NCBI GenBank assembly: GCA_017465345.1
Contig: JAFTWI010000083.1
Location: 1-61,711, forward strand
Length of the DNA stretch: 61,711 bases
Source of the DNA: Oscillospiraceae bacterium
Lineage (GTDB): Bacteria > Bacillota > Clostridia > Oscillospirales > Ruminococcaceae
Reading direction: 5' to 3'
Under the pieces are notes generated by a model that saw only the letters and a program-made list of their open reading frames with translations, had not been told where the DNA came from and did no database searches. Shown in pieces: positions 28,824 to 38,942 of the stretch. The translations under genes were made by a program, and so were the position numbers. Every line of letters starts with the position of its first letter. Position 1 is the first letter of the stretch.

Positions 28824-29840
28824 ATGATTATTATTCTTAAAAAAGGTGCACAGTCCGAGGCTGTTGCAAGACTTGAAGAAATCCTTAAAGCGAAAGGCGT
28901 AACCGCTAACCATATCGAAGGTGCAAACCAGAATATTATCGGTCTTGTAGGTGATACATCAAGAATTGATGTTGACTCACTTATGGCGCAGGACTGCGTT
29001 GAAAATATCCGCCGTGTTCAGGAACCTTACAAGCAGGCTAACCGTAAGTTCCACCCCGATGATACAGCTATCCCTGTAAGAGATTGCGTTATCGGCAACG
29101 GTTCTCTCCAGGTTATTGCAGGTCCTTGCTCTGTTGAAACAGAAGACCAGATTATGAAGACAGCTATCGCGTGTAAAAAGGCTGGCGCTACAATGCTCAG
29201 AGGCGGTGCATTCAAGCCAAGAACTTCTCCATATTCCTTCCAGGGTCTCGGTAAGGAAGGTCTCGACCTTCTTATTCAGGCTCGTAAGGAAACAGGCCTC
29301 CCAATTGTAACAGAAATCATGAACGGTGCAGACCTTGACCTCTTTGCCGATATCGACGTAATTCAGGTAGGCGCAAGAAATATGCAGAACTTCGAGCTTC
29401 TCAAGGCACTCGGTAAGTCCGATAAGCCTGTCCTTCTCAAGAGAGGTCTTGCTAATACTATGGAGGAACTCCTCATGTCTGCTGAATATATTATGGCAGG
29501 CGGCAACCAGAATATTATCCTCTGCGAAAGAGGTATCCGTACATTTGAAACATGGACAAGAAATACTCTTGATATTTCCGCTGTACCTCTCCTCAAGCAG
29601 AAGACTCACCTCCCGATTTGTATCGACCCATCTCATGCAGCAGGTATCGCTTCACTTGTTGAGCCTCTTTCACTCTCTGCAATCGTTGCAGGTGCTGACG
29701 CGCTCGAAATTGAAGTTCACTGCGACCCTAAGAGCGCTCTTTCTGACGCAAGCCAGCAGCTTACACCTGAAAAGTTTGAGTCTGTAATGACAAATATCAA
29801 GAATATGGCAGGCTTCCTCGGCAGAACGCTCGGCAAATAA
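28824..29840 (+). CDS. aroF: 3-deoxy-7-phosphoheptulonate (DAHP) synthase, type I-beta with N-terminal regulatory domain
   Basis: ATG at 28824 after a GGAGG RBS. Motifs IAGPCSVE, GAFKPRTSPYSFQG and DPSHA. First gene of the aro cluster. Confidence 0.9.
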   Translation: MIIILKKGAQSEAVARLEEILKAKGVTANHIEGANQNIIGLVGDTSRIDVDSLMAQDCVENIRRVQEPYKQANRKFHPDDTAIPVRDCVIGNGSLQVIAGPCSVETEDQIMKTAIACKKAGATMLRGGAFKPRTSPYSFQGLGKEGLDLLIQARKETGLPIVTEIMNGADLDLFADIDVIQVGARNMQNFELLKALGKSDKPVLLKRGLANTMEELLMSAEYIMAGGNQNIILCERGIRTFETWTRNTLDISAVPLLKQKTHLPICIDPSHAAGIASLVEPLSLSAIVAGADALEIEVHCDPKSALSDASQQLTPEKFESVMTNIKNMAGFLGRTLGK

Positions 29841-29929
29841 GATTATTACGGGACTATGCGGCAGCAGTTGTTGCCGCTTGTCCCTGTGCTTGTTTATAAA
29901 GAAATTTTTTCAGATAGGACGGAGATATT

Positions 29930-31012
29930 ATGTCGCTTAAAAAAATTACCGTTACCGCATCAGGAATATACGACGTGCTTATCGGCGGAGGGCTGCTCCG
30001 TCATTGCGGAGGCTATATTCAGAACGTAACAGAAGCTCAGAAGCTGGCTGTAATAACAGATGATACCGTTGACTCACTTTATGGAAAAATTGTTATTGAC
30101 GCCTTGGAAAACGAAGGATATGACGTTTGCAAATTTGTTTTTCCTCACGGTGAACAGTCCAAATCTACCGAAACTCTTGCGAAAATATGGAACTTCCTCT
30201 GCGAAAACGGAATAAGCCGAAGTGACTGCCTCGTTGCACTTGGCGGCGGAGTAGTAGGCGACATTACAGGCTTTGCGGCAGCAACCTATCTCCGTGGAGT
30301 TGATTTTGTACAGCTCCCGACAACACTCCTTGCACAGGTTGATTCCTCTGTTGGCGGCAAAACAGCCGTTGACCTTGACGGAGGAAAAAACCTTGTAGGC
30401 GCATTTAAGCAACCTAAGCTTGTGCTGTGTGACACCGATACGCTGGATACACTTGACGAGGAAATATTTGTTGATGGTATGGGCGAGGTTGTAAAATACG
30501 GTATGATTAAATCTGCTTCGCTTTTCTCTGAGCTGGAGCAGTACACAACAGAAACTCTCCGTAAAAACAAGGACGTCCTCGATGATATTATCGCTCAGTG
30601 CGTAACCATCAAGCGCGACGTTGTTGAGGCTGATGAATTTGATACAGGCGAAAGAATGCTGCTGAATTTTGGTCATACAATCGGACACTCTATTGAGCAG
30701 TATTATAACTATACAGGAATTACTCATGGTAAGGCTGTAGGCGTTGGTATGAAGCTTATTACAGCGGTTGCCGAGGATAACGGTATGGCTGAACCCGGTA
30801 CATATGGAAGACTTAAAAATTGTCTCAGCTATTACGGGCTTGATAATGATGTAGAGCCTACTCCCGCACAGCTTGCAGGCGGCTGTATAAACGATAAGAA
30901 GCGTTTCGGCGGTAACATAAATATTATCATCTGCTGTGATATAGGTGCTTCAATGATAAAGAAAATGCCTGTAGAGGCTTTCTTTGCAATGCTTGCTGAA
31001 TATACTGAGTAA
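29930..31012 (+). CDS. aroB: 3-dehydroquinate synthase
   Basis: 360 aa. GGGVVGDITGFAAATYLRGV, DSSVGGKTAVD and HTIGHSIE motifs. Confidence 0.95.
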   Translation: MSLKKITVTASGIYDVLIGGGLLRHCGGYIQNVTEAQKLAVITDDTVDSLYGKIVIDALENEGYDVCKFVFPHGEQSKSTETLAKIWNFLCENGISRSDCLVALGGGVVGDITGFAAATYLRGVDFVQLPTTLLAQVDSSVGGKTAVDLDGGKNLVGAFKQPKLVLCDTDTLDTLDEEIFVDGMGEVVKYGMIKSASLFSELEQYTTETLRKNKDVLDDIIAQCVTIKRDVVEADEFDTGERMLLNFGHTIGHSIEQYYNYTGITHGKAVGVGMKLITAVAEDNGMAEPGTYGRLKNCLSYYGLDNDVEPTPAQLAGGCINDKKRFGGNINIIICCDIGASMIKKMPVEAFFAMLAEYTE

Positions 31013-31028
31013 TCAAGAGGATTAACCG

Positions 31029-32294
31029 ATGAAAGTAAAAATTACCCCAACAAAGCTTATCGGCAGAGTGAAAGCTCCGTCATCAAAAAGCTTTTCACAC
31101 CGTATGCTTATTGCCGCTGCTCTTGCAGGCGGAGTATCCGAGGTTTCAAATATAAGCGTGTCAAAGGATATCGACGCAACCGTCGGAGCAATGAACGCTC
31201 TCGGTGCAAATATTCTCAGCGACGGAAGCACCTATACCGTTATGGGTATAAAGAAGCCTGCCGAAAAGGCTGTTATAGATTGCTGCGAAAGCGGTTCAAC
31301 ACTTCGTTTTATAATTCCTGTTGCAGCAGCACTCGGCTGTGAATGTGAATTTCACGGCAGGGGCAAGCTTCCCGAAAGACCTATAACACCCTACATTCGT
31401 GAGATGAGCAAATACGGCGTAACCATTACCCGTGAGGAAGGTGTCATGCCATTTACAATGAGCGGCAAGCTCAAAGGCGGTGAATACTTGCTCGAAGGGG
31501 ATATTTCCTCTCAGTTTATTACAGGTCTGCTGTTTGCACTCCCTCTATGTGAGGAGGACTCGGTTATCCGTCTCACCTCACGACTTGAGTCAAAGCCTTA
31601 CGCTGATATGACAGTCAGTGCACTTAACTGCTTCGGTATCGAAATTGACGAAACAACCGACGAAAATGGCTATCCAATATACAACATAAGGGGCGGACAG
31701 AAATATAAGTCAGAAGATTGCACCGTTGAAGGTGACTACTCTCAGGCGGCTTTCTACTACGTCGCAAATGCACTCGGCTCCGAAATTGTAATTGACAACC
31801 TTAATAAGGATTCTGTGCAGGGTGATAAAAAAATCCTTGAAATTATCAAGGAAATGGGTTATAATAATATAAATACCCTCTGCGAAACAGCGCTGAAGCC
31901 TTTCGAGGCCGATGTTTCCGATATTCCTGACCTTGTGCCGATTATGACAGTGCTTGGCTGCTTCGGCAGCGGAATAAGCCGCATAACAGGTGCAAAGCGT
32001 CTGAAAATCAAAGAAAGCGACCGTCTTGCGGCTATAGCAAACGCACTCAATGCTGTAGGCGGAAAGGTAACAGTGTTTGACGATTCGCTGGAAATTGAGA
32101 CCATTGAACGTTTCCACGCAGGAACAATCGAAGGCTGTAATGACCATAGAATTGTTATGGCAGCAGCAATCGCCTCCACAATGTCGGACGGCGAGTTTAT
32201 AATTACTGACGCAGAGGCAGTGACAAAAAGCTATCCCGATTTCTGGAAGGATTTTGCCGCATTGGGCGGAATTTACGAAGAAATCGCTGATTAA
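31029..32294 (+). CDS. aroA: 3-phosphoshikimate 1-carboxyvinyltransferase (EPSP synthase)
   Basis: 421 aa. APSSKSFSHRMLIAAAL start and RLKIKESDRL motif. Confidence 0.95.
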   Translation: MKVKITPTKLIGRVKAPSSKSFSHRMLIAAALAGGVSEVSNISVSKDIDATVGAMNALGANILSDGSTYTVMGIKKPAEKAVIDCCESGSTLRFIIPVAAALGCECEFHGRGKLPERPITPYIREMSKYGVTITREEGVMPFTMSGKLKGGEYLLEGDISSQFITGLLFALPLCEEDSVIRLTSRLESKPYADMTVSALNCFGIEIDETTDENGYPIYNIRGGQKYKSEDCTVEGDYSQAAFYYVANALGSEIVIDNLNKDSVQGDKKILEIIKEMGYNNINTLCETALKPFEADVSDIPDLVPIMTVLGCFGSGISRITGAKRLKIKESDRLAAIANALNAVGGKVTVFDDSLEIETIERFHAGTIEGCNDHRIVMAAAIASTMSDGEFIITDAEAVTKSYPDFWKDFAALGGIYEEIAD

Positions 32295-32320
32295 CCCGTG
32301 CTGAAAGGATTGAAAAATTA

Positions 32321-33412
32321 ATGTCATCATTCTGGAATCATAACTTAACAGTATCAATTTTCGGCGAGTCCCACGGACCTGCAATAGGCGTTGTTCTCGA
32401 TAAGCTTCCTTCCGGAGAATATATCGACCCGGAAGAAATCCGTAACTTTATGGCAAGACGTGCTCCTAAAAAGGACGCAACATCTACCCCTCGCCGTGAA
32501 AGCGATATGCCGAATATCCTTTCGGGTATACACAATAATTATACAACAGGCACACCACTTGCCGCATTTATCAATAATACCGACACCCATTCCCAGGACT
32601 ACGGCAACATTTCCAAGCTTGCACGTCCCGGTCACGCTGACTATACAGGTGCGCTCCGCTATAAGGGCTTCAACGACGTAAGAGGCGGAGGTCACTTCTC
32701 AGGCAGACTTACTGCACCTCTTTGCTTTGCAGGCTCAATCTGCGGTCAGATTCTTGAGCGCAGAGGTATCTATACAGGTGCACATATCATTCAGGTGCAC
32801 AACATCAAGGAAGAAAAGTTCAATCCCTGCGAGGTTACAAAGGAGCAGATTATTGCCCTCCGTCATAAGAAATTCCCTACACTCAACGATAAGAAGGGTG
32901 CTGCTATGGTTGCGGATATCGCAAAGGCAAGAGAAGCAGGCGACAGCGTAGGCGGAATTATCGAGTGCGTAATCACAAATGTTCCCGCAGGTATCGGCTC
33001 TCCTATTTTTGAGGGACTCGAAAACAGCATTGCTCAGCTTGTTTTCGGTATTCCTGCCGTAAAGGGTATCGAATTCGGCGCAGGCTTTCAGGTTGCTGAA
33101 ATGCTTGGCAGCCAGAACAATGACGAGTTCTATGTAAACGAGCACGGCCACGTCGTGACAAAAACAAATAATCACGGCGGTATCCTCGGCGGTATTTCCT
33201 CAGGTATGCCAATCGTGTTCAGAGTTGCATTCAAGCCTACGCCATCCATCTCCAAGCCGCAAGAAACTGTAGACATAAGTGCACTTACAAACGAAACTCT
33301 TGAAATCAAGGGCAGACACGACCCATGCGTTGTTCCGAGAGCAGTGCCATGTGTTGAAGCTGCTGCAAATCTTGCTATTCTTTCCCATATGCTTAACTAT
33401 CCGAATTTCTGA
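32321..33412 (+). CDS. aroC: Chorismate synthase
   Basis: 363 aa. FGESHGPAIG, RPGHADYT, GGGHFSGR and GRHDPCVVPRAVP motifs. Confidence 0.95.
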   Translation: MSSFWNHNLTVSIFGESHGPAIGVVLDKLPSGEYIDPEEIRNFMARRAPKKDATSTPRRESDMPNILSGIHNNYTTGTPLAAFINNTDTHSQDYGNISKLARPGHADYTGALRYKGFNDVRGGGHFSGRLTAPLCFAGSICGQILERRGIYTGAHIIQVHNIKEEKFNPCEVTKEQIIALRHKKFPTLNDKKGAAMVADIAKAREAGDSVGGIIECVITNVPAGIGSPIFEGLENSIAQLVFGIPAVKGIEFGAGFQVAEMLGSQNNDEFYVNEHGHVVTKTNNHGGILGGISSGMPIVFRVAFKPTPSISKPQETVDISALTNETLEIKGRHDPCVVPRAVPCVEAAANLAILSHMLNYPNF

Positions 33413-33436
33413 TTTATGACAATCTGAGGTGATAAT

Positions 33437-34156
33437 ATGCCTTCATTGAAGCGTGAAGAAGAATACCAAATTAACCACCAGCGTTACAGCGATATGAAAA
33501 AAGGGTTCAAGACATCGCTGCTTATGGCGTTAATCCCATCAGCAGGTGTGTGGCTTGCGCTGACTTTGTACTATTTTATCCGTACCCTTGCTATGCTTGC
33601 TGGCGGAAGTGCTTTTTTCGGGCAGATGATTTTGAATTACGCTAATGGTACGAACGAAAAATCTGACCTTGCTGTTGAAATTCCGTATTTGTATATGGCA
33701 TTTCTGATTGTAATTGCTATACTTACCTTTATTTCAATTTTCTTCAAAAAGAAGCAGCCTATTTATCCTACCTTTGCCCTTTACGGAGCAGGTGCGCTGT
33801 ACGGGCTTATTTCACTTATTATGGGCAGCTGCGGAATATTGACAGGTCTGTATTTTATCGCATACGGCGGTTACGGAATATGGATAAGCGACTATATCCT
33901 TCGTCTGTTCAAGGAAAAGGACTACCTTTCCAAACAGGAAGGCTACCCCGACTTTATTGTAGCAATTGACGAGCCAAGACCAATGGCAAACACCAGCGGT
34001 CTGCACTACAATAAAAGTGAATATATCAAGCGTCAGCAGAAAGAGAAAAAGGAAAAGGGCGAAACTTCCTCCGAGGAGCAAAGTTGGGAAATGGAGGATT
34101 TGCCTCTTGATGCGGAGCTCCCAAAGGGAACACGCAAGATAGACAATATGATGTAA
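33437..34156 (+). CDS. Multi-pass membrane protein, unknown function
   Basis: 239 aa, about 4 TM segments, charged C-terminal tail. Confidence 0.5.
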   Translation: MPSLKREEEYQINHQRYSDMKKGFKTSLLMALIPSAGVWLALTLYYFIRTLAMLAGGSAFFGQMILNYANGTNEKSDLAVEIPYLYMAFLIVIAILTFISIFFKKKQPIYPTFALYGAGALYGLISLIMGSCGILTGLYFIAYGGYGIWISDYILRLFKEKDYLSKQEGYPDFIVAIDEPRPMANTSGLHYNKSEYIKRQQKEKKEKGETSSEEQSWEMEDLPLDAELPKGTRKIDNMM

Positions 34157-34175
34157 AAACATATCGGAGATATCT

Positions 34176-34742
34176 ATGAACGAATTTAACAATGTGGAGC
34201 TTAATTCTGCTCATGATGTAAAGGTAATGATTTGTTACCTTCTTGATAAGCTGAAACGTCCCGTTACCGAGGACCAGCTTTACGAAATTGCGCAGGACAG
34301 CGAAATTATAAACTATTTTTACTATACGGAAGCAATGGGCGACCTGCTGAAAAACAAGTCGGTTGTTCGTGTGGAACGTGACGGAGAAGTATTTATCGAA
34401 GCTACCGAAAAAGGAAGATTCGGTGCGGAGTATTTCAACGAGTCCATACCATATTATTTCCGTAAACAGCTGCTGAAAACAGCAATGTACTATTTCTCAC
34501 GAATTGAGCGTGAAAGCGAAGCCGACATCGAAATAACAGATGTTCCAAACGGCTGCGAGGTGAACTGTACAATCAAGGATACAAGCTTTGATTTGATGAG
34601 AATTTCACTTTATGCACCAGACTATGACCAGGCTAAGCTTATCAAGGATAAAATCCTGCTTAATCCTACCGATTTTTACAGCAAGGTAATCAGCTTTGCG
34701 CTTGAAAATGAAGAGGAAAAATTGAAAATTGATGTTGATTAA
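34176..34742 (+). CDS. DUF4364-like protein
   Basis: 188 aa. The N-terminal pattern (KVMICYLLDKL..PVTEDQLYEIA) resembles the Clostridial DUF4364 family. Assignment from memory only. Confidence 0.5.
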   Translation: MNEFNNVELNSAHDVKVMICYLLDKLKRPVTEDQLYEIAQDSEIINYFYYTEAMGDLLKNKSVVRVERDGEVFIEATEKGRFGAEYFNESIPYYFRKQLLKTAMYYFSRIERESEADIEITDVPNGCEVNCTIKDTSFDLMRISLYAPDYDQAKLIKDKILLNPTDFYSKVISFALENEEEKLKIDVD

Positions 34743-34767
34743 GAGCACCTCAGGGTGCTCTTTTTTG
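34742..34767 (+). terminator. Rho-independent terminator
   Basis: AGAGCACC/GGTGCTCT stem followed by TTTTTT. Confidence 0.8.
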
Positions 34768-34771
34768 TCAG

Positions 34772-34800
34772 TTGACAATTACAGGGAAAACAGCTATACT
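34772..34800 (+). promoter_or_regulatory. Promoter of the ABC-2 / MoxR / DUF58 operon
   Basis: TTGACA 34772-34777, 17 nt, TATACT 34795-34800. Confidence 0.65.
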
Positions 34801-34831
34801 TATTAATAGAAAAAATGAAAGGACTTTTCAT

Positions 34832-35491
34832 ATGAGCTATATCCGTTTTCAGGACGTCAGCAAAAGCTTCGGCGGTGTGCCAGTGGTAAAAAACGTAAGC
34901 TTTTCAATAGAAAAAGGAGAAATATGCGGTTTCATAGGCAGAAACGGAAGCGGTAAAACTGTCGTTTTCAAGCTTATGACAGGGCTTCTCGTGCCAGATA
35001 AAGGCACAGTAACCTTTGATGGCGTGAATCTTACAAAGCAAAGCCGATTTTTCGAGTCACTGGGTGTAATGATTGAAACACCTGGCTTTATTCCTCACTA
35101 CAGCGGTCTGAAAAATCTGAAAATTCTGAATTCAATGAGCGTAAATCCCGTTCCTGTAGAGGAAATCTGTGCCTTAATGACAAGGCTTGGACTTGACCCT
35201 AAGAACAAGCGTGGAGTCCGTACATATTCCCTCGGTATGCGCCAGAAGCTTGGTATAATTCAGGCAGTAATGAACAAGGCTGAGCTGCTTGTCCTTGACG
35301 AGCCTATGAACAGCCTTGATACTGAGTCTGTTGCCGAAATCAGAAAGCTTTTCACCGAGCTTAATGAGCAGGGTGCAACAATTGTCCTCGCCAGCCATAT
35401 CGCTGATGATATCGACTCCCTTTGTACAAGAAAATTCCGTATTGAAAATGCAACCATTGTTGAGGTAGAAAATGAAATTCTTGTCAACTGA
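34832..35491 (+). CDS. ABC transporter ATP-binding protein (ABC-2/BcrA-like)
   Basis: Start MSYIRF. Walker A GRNGSGKT, signature YSLGMRQKL, Walker B LLVLDEP. Confidence 0.9.
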   Translation: MSYIRFQDVSKSFGGVPVVKNVSFSIEKGEICGFIGRNGSGKTVVFKLMTGLLVPDKGTVTFDGVNLTKQSRFFESLGVMIETPGFIPHYSGLKNLKILNSMSVNPVPVEEICALMTRLGLDPKNKRGVRTYSLGMRQKLGIIQAVMNKAELLVLDEPMNSLDTESVAEIRKLFTELNEQGATIVLASHIADDIDSLCTRKFRIENATIVEVENEILVN

Positions 35492-36152
35492 CTTAAAGCG
35501 TGTAATAACCGAACCTGCCTTTTTTATAAGCATCGCTCTGAACTTAATTCTTCTTTTCGGAGCAATGTTGTATTATTTAACAGCAGGCGAAAATGAAACT
35601 CTCTACACAAGCGCACAGGCTCTCGCCTTGCCTTTTGCCGCACCCGTGCTTGCAGCAATGCCTTACTCTGTAATGATTATGCAGGAAAATGAAACACGCT
35701 TCGGAACCCTTATGACAATCAAACTCCGCACAAGCGGATACCAGCTTGCACGTCTGCTTACAAGCGGACTTTCAGGAGCACTTGCATTGTTTATTCCGCA
35801 GCTTACACTGTTTGTGGTGTGTCTTTGCATAGGTGGAATTCCCGATTTGGGTTTTGCAGCAGCCTGCCTCATTCTGCCAATCACTTTCGGCTTCGGATAT
35901 GCAGCAATTTCCTACGGTCTTACCTTCGTTAACCGTCACCGCTACGTACCCCTCATAATGCCGCAGGTTCTGTATCTGCTGTGCATTTACGCTTTTCCGC
36001 ACCTTAAACTGGAACGCTTCTATCCGCCCCTTGATATTGCACCCTCAATCTACGGCGGAGAAATCACACTTCAGCGTTTCGCCGTGCCTCTTATCCTTAC
36101 AGTAAGCGCAATTCTGCTTACCCTCTACGGAAAGGCAGGTGACCGCAGATGA
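35472..36152 (+). CDS. ABC-2 type permease-like membrane protein
   Basis: 226 aa, about 6 TM segments. Overlaps the ATPase stop by 20 nt. Confidence 0.6.
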   Translation: MKFLSTDLKRVITEPAFFISIALNLILLFGAMLYYLTAGENETLYTSAQALALPFAAPVLAAMPYSVMIMQENETRFGTLMTIKLRTSGYQLARLLTSGLSGALALFIPQLTLFVVCLCIGGIPDLGFAAACLILPITFGFGYAAISYGLTFVNRHRYVPLIMPQVLYLLCIYAFPHLKLERFYPPLDIAPSIYGGEITLQRFAVPLILTVSAILLTLYGKAGDRR

Positions 36153-36901
36153 AACTGAGAGGACTCCGTTTCAGCCTTTCCGAGCATATTCCTGCGGCGA
36201 GATGGTGCCTTGCCCTCGCAGTAATCGCATTCGTGGCAGTCGTAAGCGTCTATAAATACGTCGATATGGCAGGAATGGTAACTTTTTCCGCAATGGAAGT
36301 GCTTTTCCTCATACTTACCGACCCGATGAATATCGTGTTTATATACCTGCCGCTGTACCTGTTTGTGGTCTGCGGAATAATGTTTGACAGCGGTTTCGGC
36401 GGAATAGAAATTCTCCGTTGCGGCAGCCGTACAAACTGGCTCGCAGGCAAGCTTGTGACCTACCTTGTGAACAGCACTGTCTTTTTTGGAGTAATGTTCG
36501 TAATCAACCTTATCATCTGTTCAAGAGCGTTCAATTTCAGCAACGTTTGGTCGGGCGACTTCGTGGGATTCCGTGTAATGTCGGGTCAGCCCGCAACGGA
36601 CTTCACAACCGCACCCGTCCCCACAATAATCGCCGCATCAGCCGCAGTGCTTCTTTTCTATGTCCTCTGTGGTACGGTAAATATGCTCGTTTCCCTCGCA
36701 ACCAACAGAGAGTCAGCCGCATTGTTCGTGTCCCTCTTTGCAGGAATAGCATTGGGACTTGGCAATATGCTGGTGCTGTCCAACAGCGCAGGAAGCCAGC
36801 TTCTCCGCAGTCTTGTCCTCGCCGCCGCATCAGCCGCAATGTACGTTTTCTGCATAGCCGCCGTGCGTAAAAAGGATTTTGGTGGGAAGAAGCTTTATTG
36901 A
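36149..36901 (+). CDS. Second permease-like membrane protein
   Basis: 250 aa, about 6 TM segments. ATGA stop/start overlap with the previous gene. Confidence 0.55.
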   Translation: MKLRGLRFSLSEHIPAARWCLALAVIAFVAVVSVYKYVDMAGMVTFSAMEVLFLILTDPMNIVFIYLPLYLFVVCGIMFDSGFGGIEILRCGSRTNWLAGKLVTYLVNSTVFFGVMFVINLIICSRAFNFSNVWSGDFVGFRVMSGQPATDFTTAPVPTIIAASAAVLLFYVLCGTVNMLVSLATNRESAALFVSLFAGIALGLGNMLVLSNSAGSQLLRSLVLAAASAAMYVFCIAAVRKKDFGGKKLY

Positions 36902-36935
36902 TATTTCACTCAAAAAGAAAGGAGTCGTGCTAACG

Positions 36936-37985
36936 ATGAAAACAATAAAAATAATAGCAATCCTAATCGTCGGCACGATAAGCGTGCTGCTTGCGTCACA
37001 CTTCACCGAGAAGTATGTTGCAGAAGCCGCCGTAAAGGATAAAACCCTTGCCGAAGCAATCGTTCAGGGACAGCTTCAGGCGGAAATTGAAAAAGCCGAG
37101 GAGCAAGCCAAGGAACAGCTTGGTGATAAGCTTGCCGTTACCGACGTGGAACTGAAAGGGCAGGAAACCGCTGTCACAACAGCACCTTCTGTTCCCGAAA
37201 CCGAGCCTATTGTGCTGACAACAATCCCAACAGTAACCTTTCCGACAGAACCTCCCGAAACTGAGTCGGAAACAGCAGCTGTAACAGAAGAAATTCCCGA
37301 GGAAATAATCACTGACTTTACAAGGGGAGGACTTCTCCCAACTGACAGAAGCGGTGTTCCGATAAAAACAATGTTCACCCTTTCTGCAGACGAACAGCAG
37401 CGTGTTACAAAATTCCTTATTGACCACTACTTCCTGAACGGAAATGTATACATCAAGCAGGAAACCCGTCCCGAACTAAAGGAGAAGAAACAGCTTGCGA
37501 ATGATATGGAAAGCAGCGTAATAAAGTCGCTGAATATGGTGCTCGACAGCGTGAATATGTCCGACATTACCAGCCTTATGACAGCCGATTACGGAAAGCT
37601 CCGTGATGATATAACAGCAATCCGTGATGACTTCAAAAAGAAATATAAAAGCGCAGATAAGTACGGCGAGGAGTTCGGAGCAATGTACGAGGACAGCCTG
37701 TCATATTTCAACCGACTTATTGAAGCTCTCGGAAAGCTTGATGAAGCTGCCGATGAATACGCAAAAACTACTAACCCGATACTTGCCGTTGGTCTGCTGG
37801 CAAGTACCCTCGACGATGTGGTAATCCCCGAGATTATGGCAGTTCTGGAGCAGTCCTTTGACCTTGTTGAAACCTCACAGGAAATTTTCCTCGAAGGCAC
37901 TCAGGGAACAAAGCTGCTGACCCGTGAAGAGGTTAAGGATATAATAATCAACCCTGCCCTTGTGCTTGACACAGGACTCGCTTAA
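36936..37985 (+). CDS. Signal-anchored extracytoplasmic protein, unknown function
   Basis: Start MKTIKIIAILIVGTISVLLA after an AAAGGAG RBS. Coiled-coil segment, a T/P/E-rich linker, then a helical C-terminal domain. Confidence 0.5.
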   Translation: MKTIKIIAILIVGTISVLLASHFTEKYVAEAAVKDKTLAEAIVQGQLQAEIEKAEEQAKEQLGDKLAVTDVELKGQETAVTTAPSVPETEPIVLTTIPTVTFPTEPPETESETAAVTEEIPEEIITDFTRGGLLPTDRSGVPIKTMFTLSADEQQRVTKFLIDHYFLNGNVYIKQETRPELKEKKQLANDMESSVIKSLNMVLDSVNMSDITSLMTADYGKLRDDITAIRDDFKKKYKSADKYGEEFGAMYEDSLSYFNRLIEALGKLDEAADEYAKTTNPILAVGLLASTLDDVVIPEIMAVLEQSFDLVETSQEIFLEGTQGTKLLTREEVKDIIINPALVLDTGLA

Positions 37986-38001
37986 AGAAAGGAATAAAAC
38001 T

Positions 38002-38931
38002 ATGGACGCAAAAATTCAGCTTCTTATTGAAAATATCGAAAAGGTAATCGTAGGCAAGCGTATTCCGATTATGCAGACGGTCTGCGCACTTCTTACCGAG
38101 GGACACGTTCTTGTTGAGGACGTCCCCGGTGTAGGTAAAACACAGCTTGCAGCAGCACTGTCAAAGTCTGTTGACGGCGTGTTCAGCCGTGTGCAGATGA
38201 CACCCGACATTATGCCTTCTGACATCACGGGCTTCTCAATGCTTAACCGTGAAACAGGCGAGTTTGAATACCGCAAGGGAGCGGCTTTCTGTAACTTTCT
38301 CCTTGCCGATGAAATCAACCGTGCTTCACCTAAGGCACAGTCCTCTCTCCTTGAAGTAATGGAAGAGCATCAGGTCAGCATCGACGGTGCAACCTATATT
38401 CTGCCGAAGCCGTTTATGGTGCTTGCAACACAGAATCCCGTTGAAACCTACGGTACATACCATCTCCCCGAAGCACAGATGGACAGATTTGCAATGAAAA
38501 TCAGTATGGGCTACCCTACAGCAGGCGAGGAACTGTCAATTCTCGACAGAAACGAGTTTGAGAACCCTGTTACAAAAATTTCACCCGTGCTGAAAATTGA
38601 TGATATCGTTGAATTGCAGGATAAGGTAAAGCAGGTTCGTGCTGATGAAAAGGTGAAGAATTATATTATTGATATCGTCAGCGCAACTCGTAACGACGAG
38701 GGTATCAAGCTTGGTGTAAGTCCACGAGGAAGCATTGCACTCTACAAATCAGCAAAAGCATGGGCGTTCATGGATGGACGTGATTTCATCACTCCTCAGG
38801 ACGTAAAGGATTGTTGCATCTGCACCCTTGCCCACAGAATAATGCTTTCACCAAAGGGTAAATCAATGTATGAAACTGCCGAAAAGGCTTTTGAGAAAAT
38901 ACTTGAAAGCGTTACCGTGCCTACAAAATAA
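38002..38931 (+). CDS. MoxR-family AAA+ ATPase (second copy)
   Basis: Start MDAKIQ. PGVGKT, LADEINR and QNPVETYGTYHLPEAQMDRF motifs. Clear paralogue of 26331..27293. Confidence 0.95.
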   Translation: MDAKIQLLIENIEKVIVGKRIPIMQTVCALLTEGHVLVEDVPGVGKTQLAAALSKSVDGVFSRVQMTPDIMPSDITGFSMLNRETGEFEYRKGAAFCNFLLADEINRASPKAQSSLLEVMEEHQVSIDGATYILPKPFMVLATQNPVETYGTYHLPEAQMDRFAMKISMGYPTAGEELSILDRNEFENPVTKISPVLKIDDIVELQDKVKQVRADEKVKNYIIDIVSATRNDEGIKLGVSPRGSIALYKSAKAWAFMDGRDFITPQDVKDCCICTLAHRIMLSPKGKSMYETAEKAFEKILESVTVPTK

Positions 38932-38942
38932 AAGGATTAGCT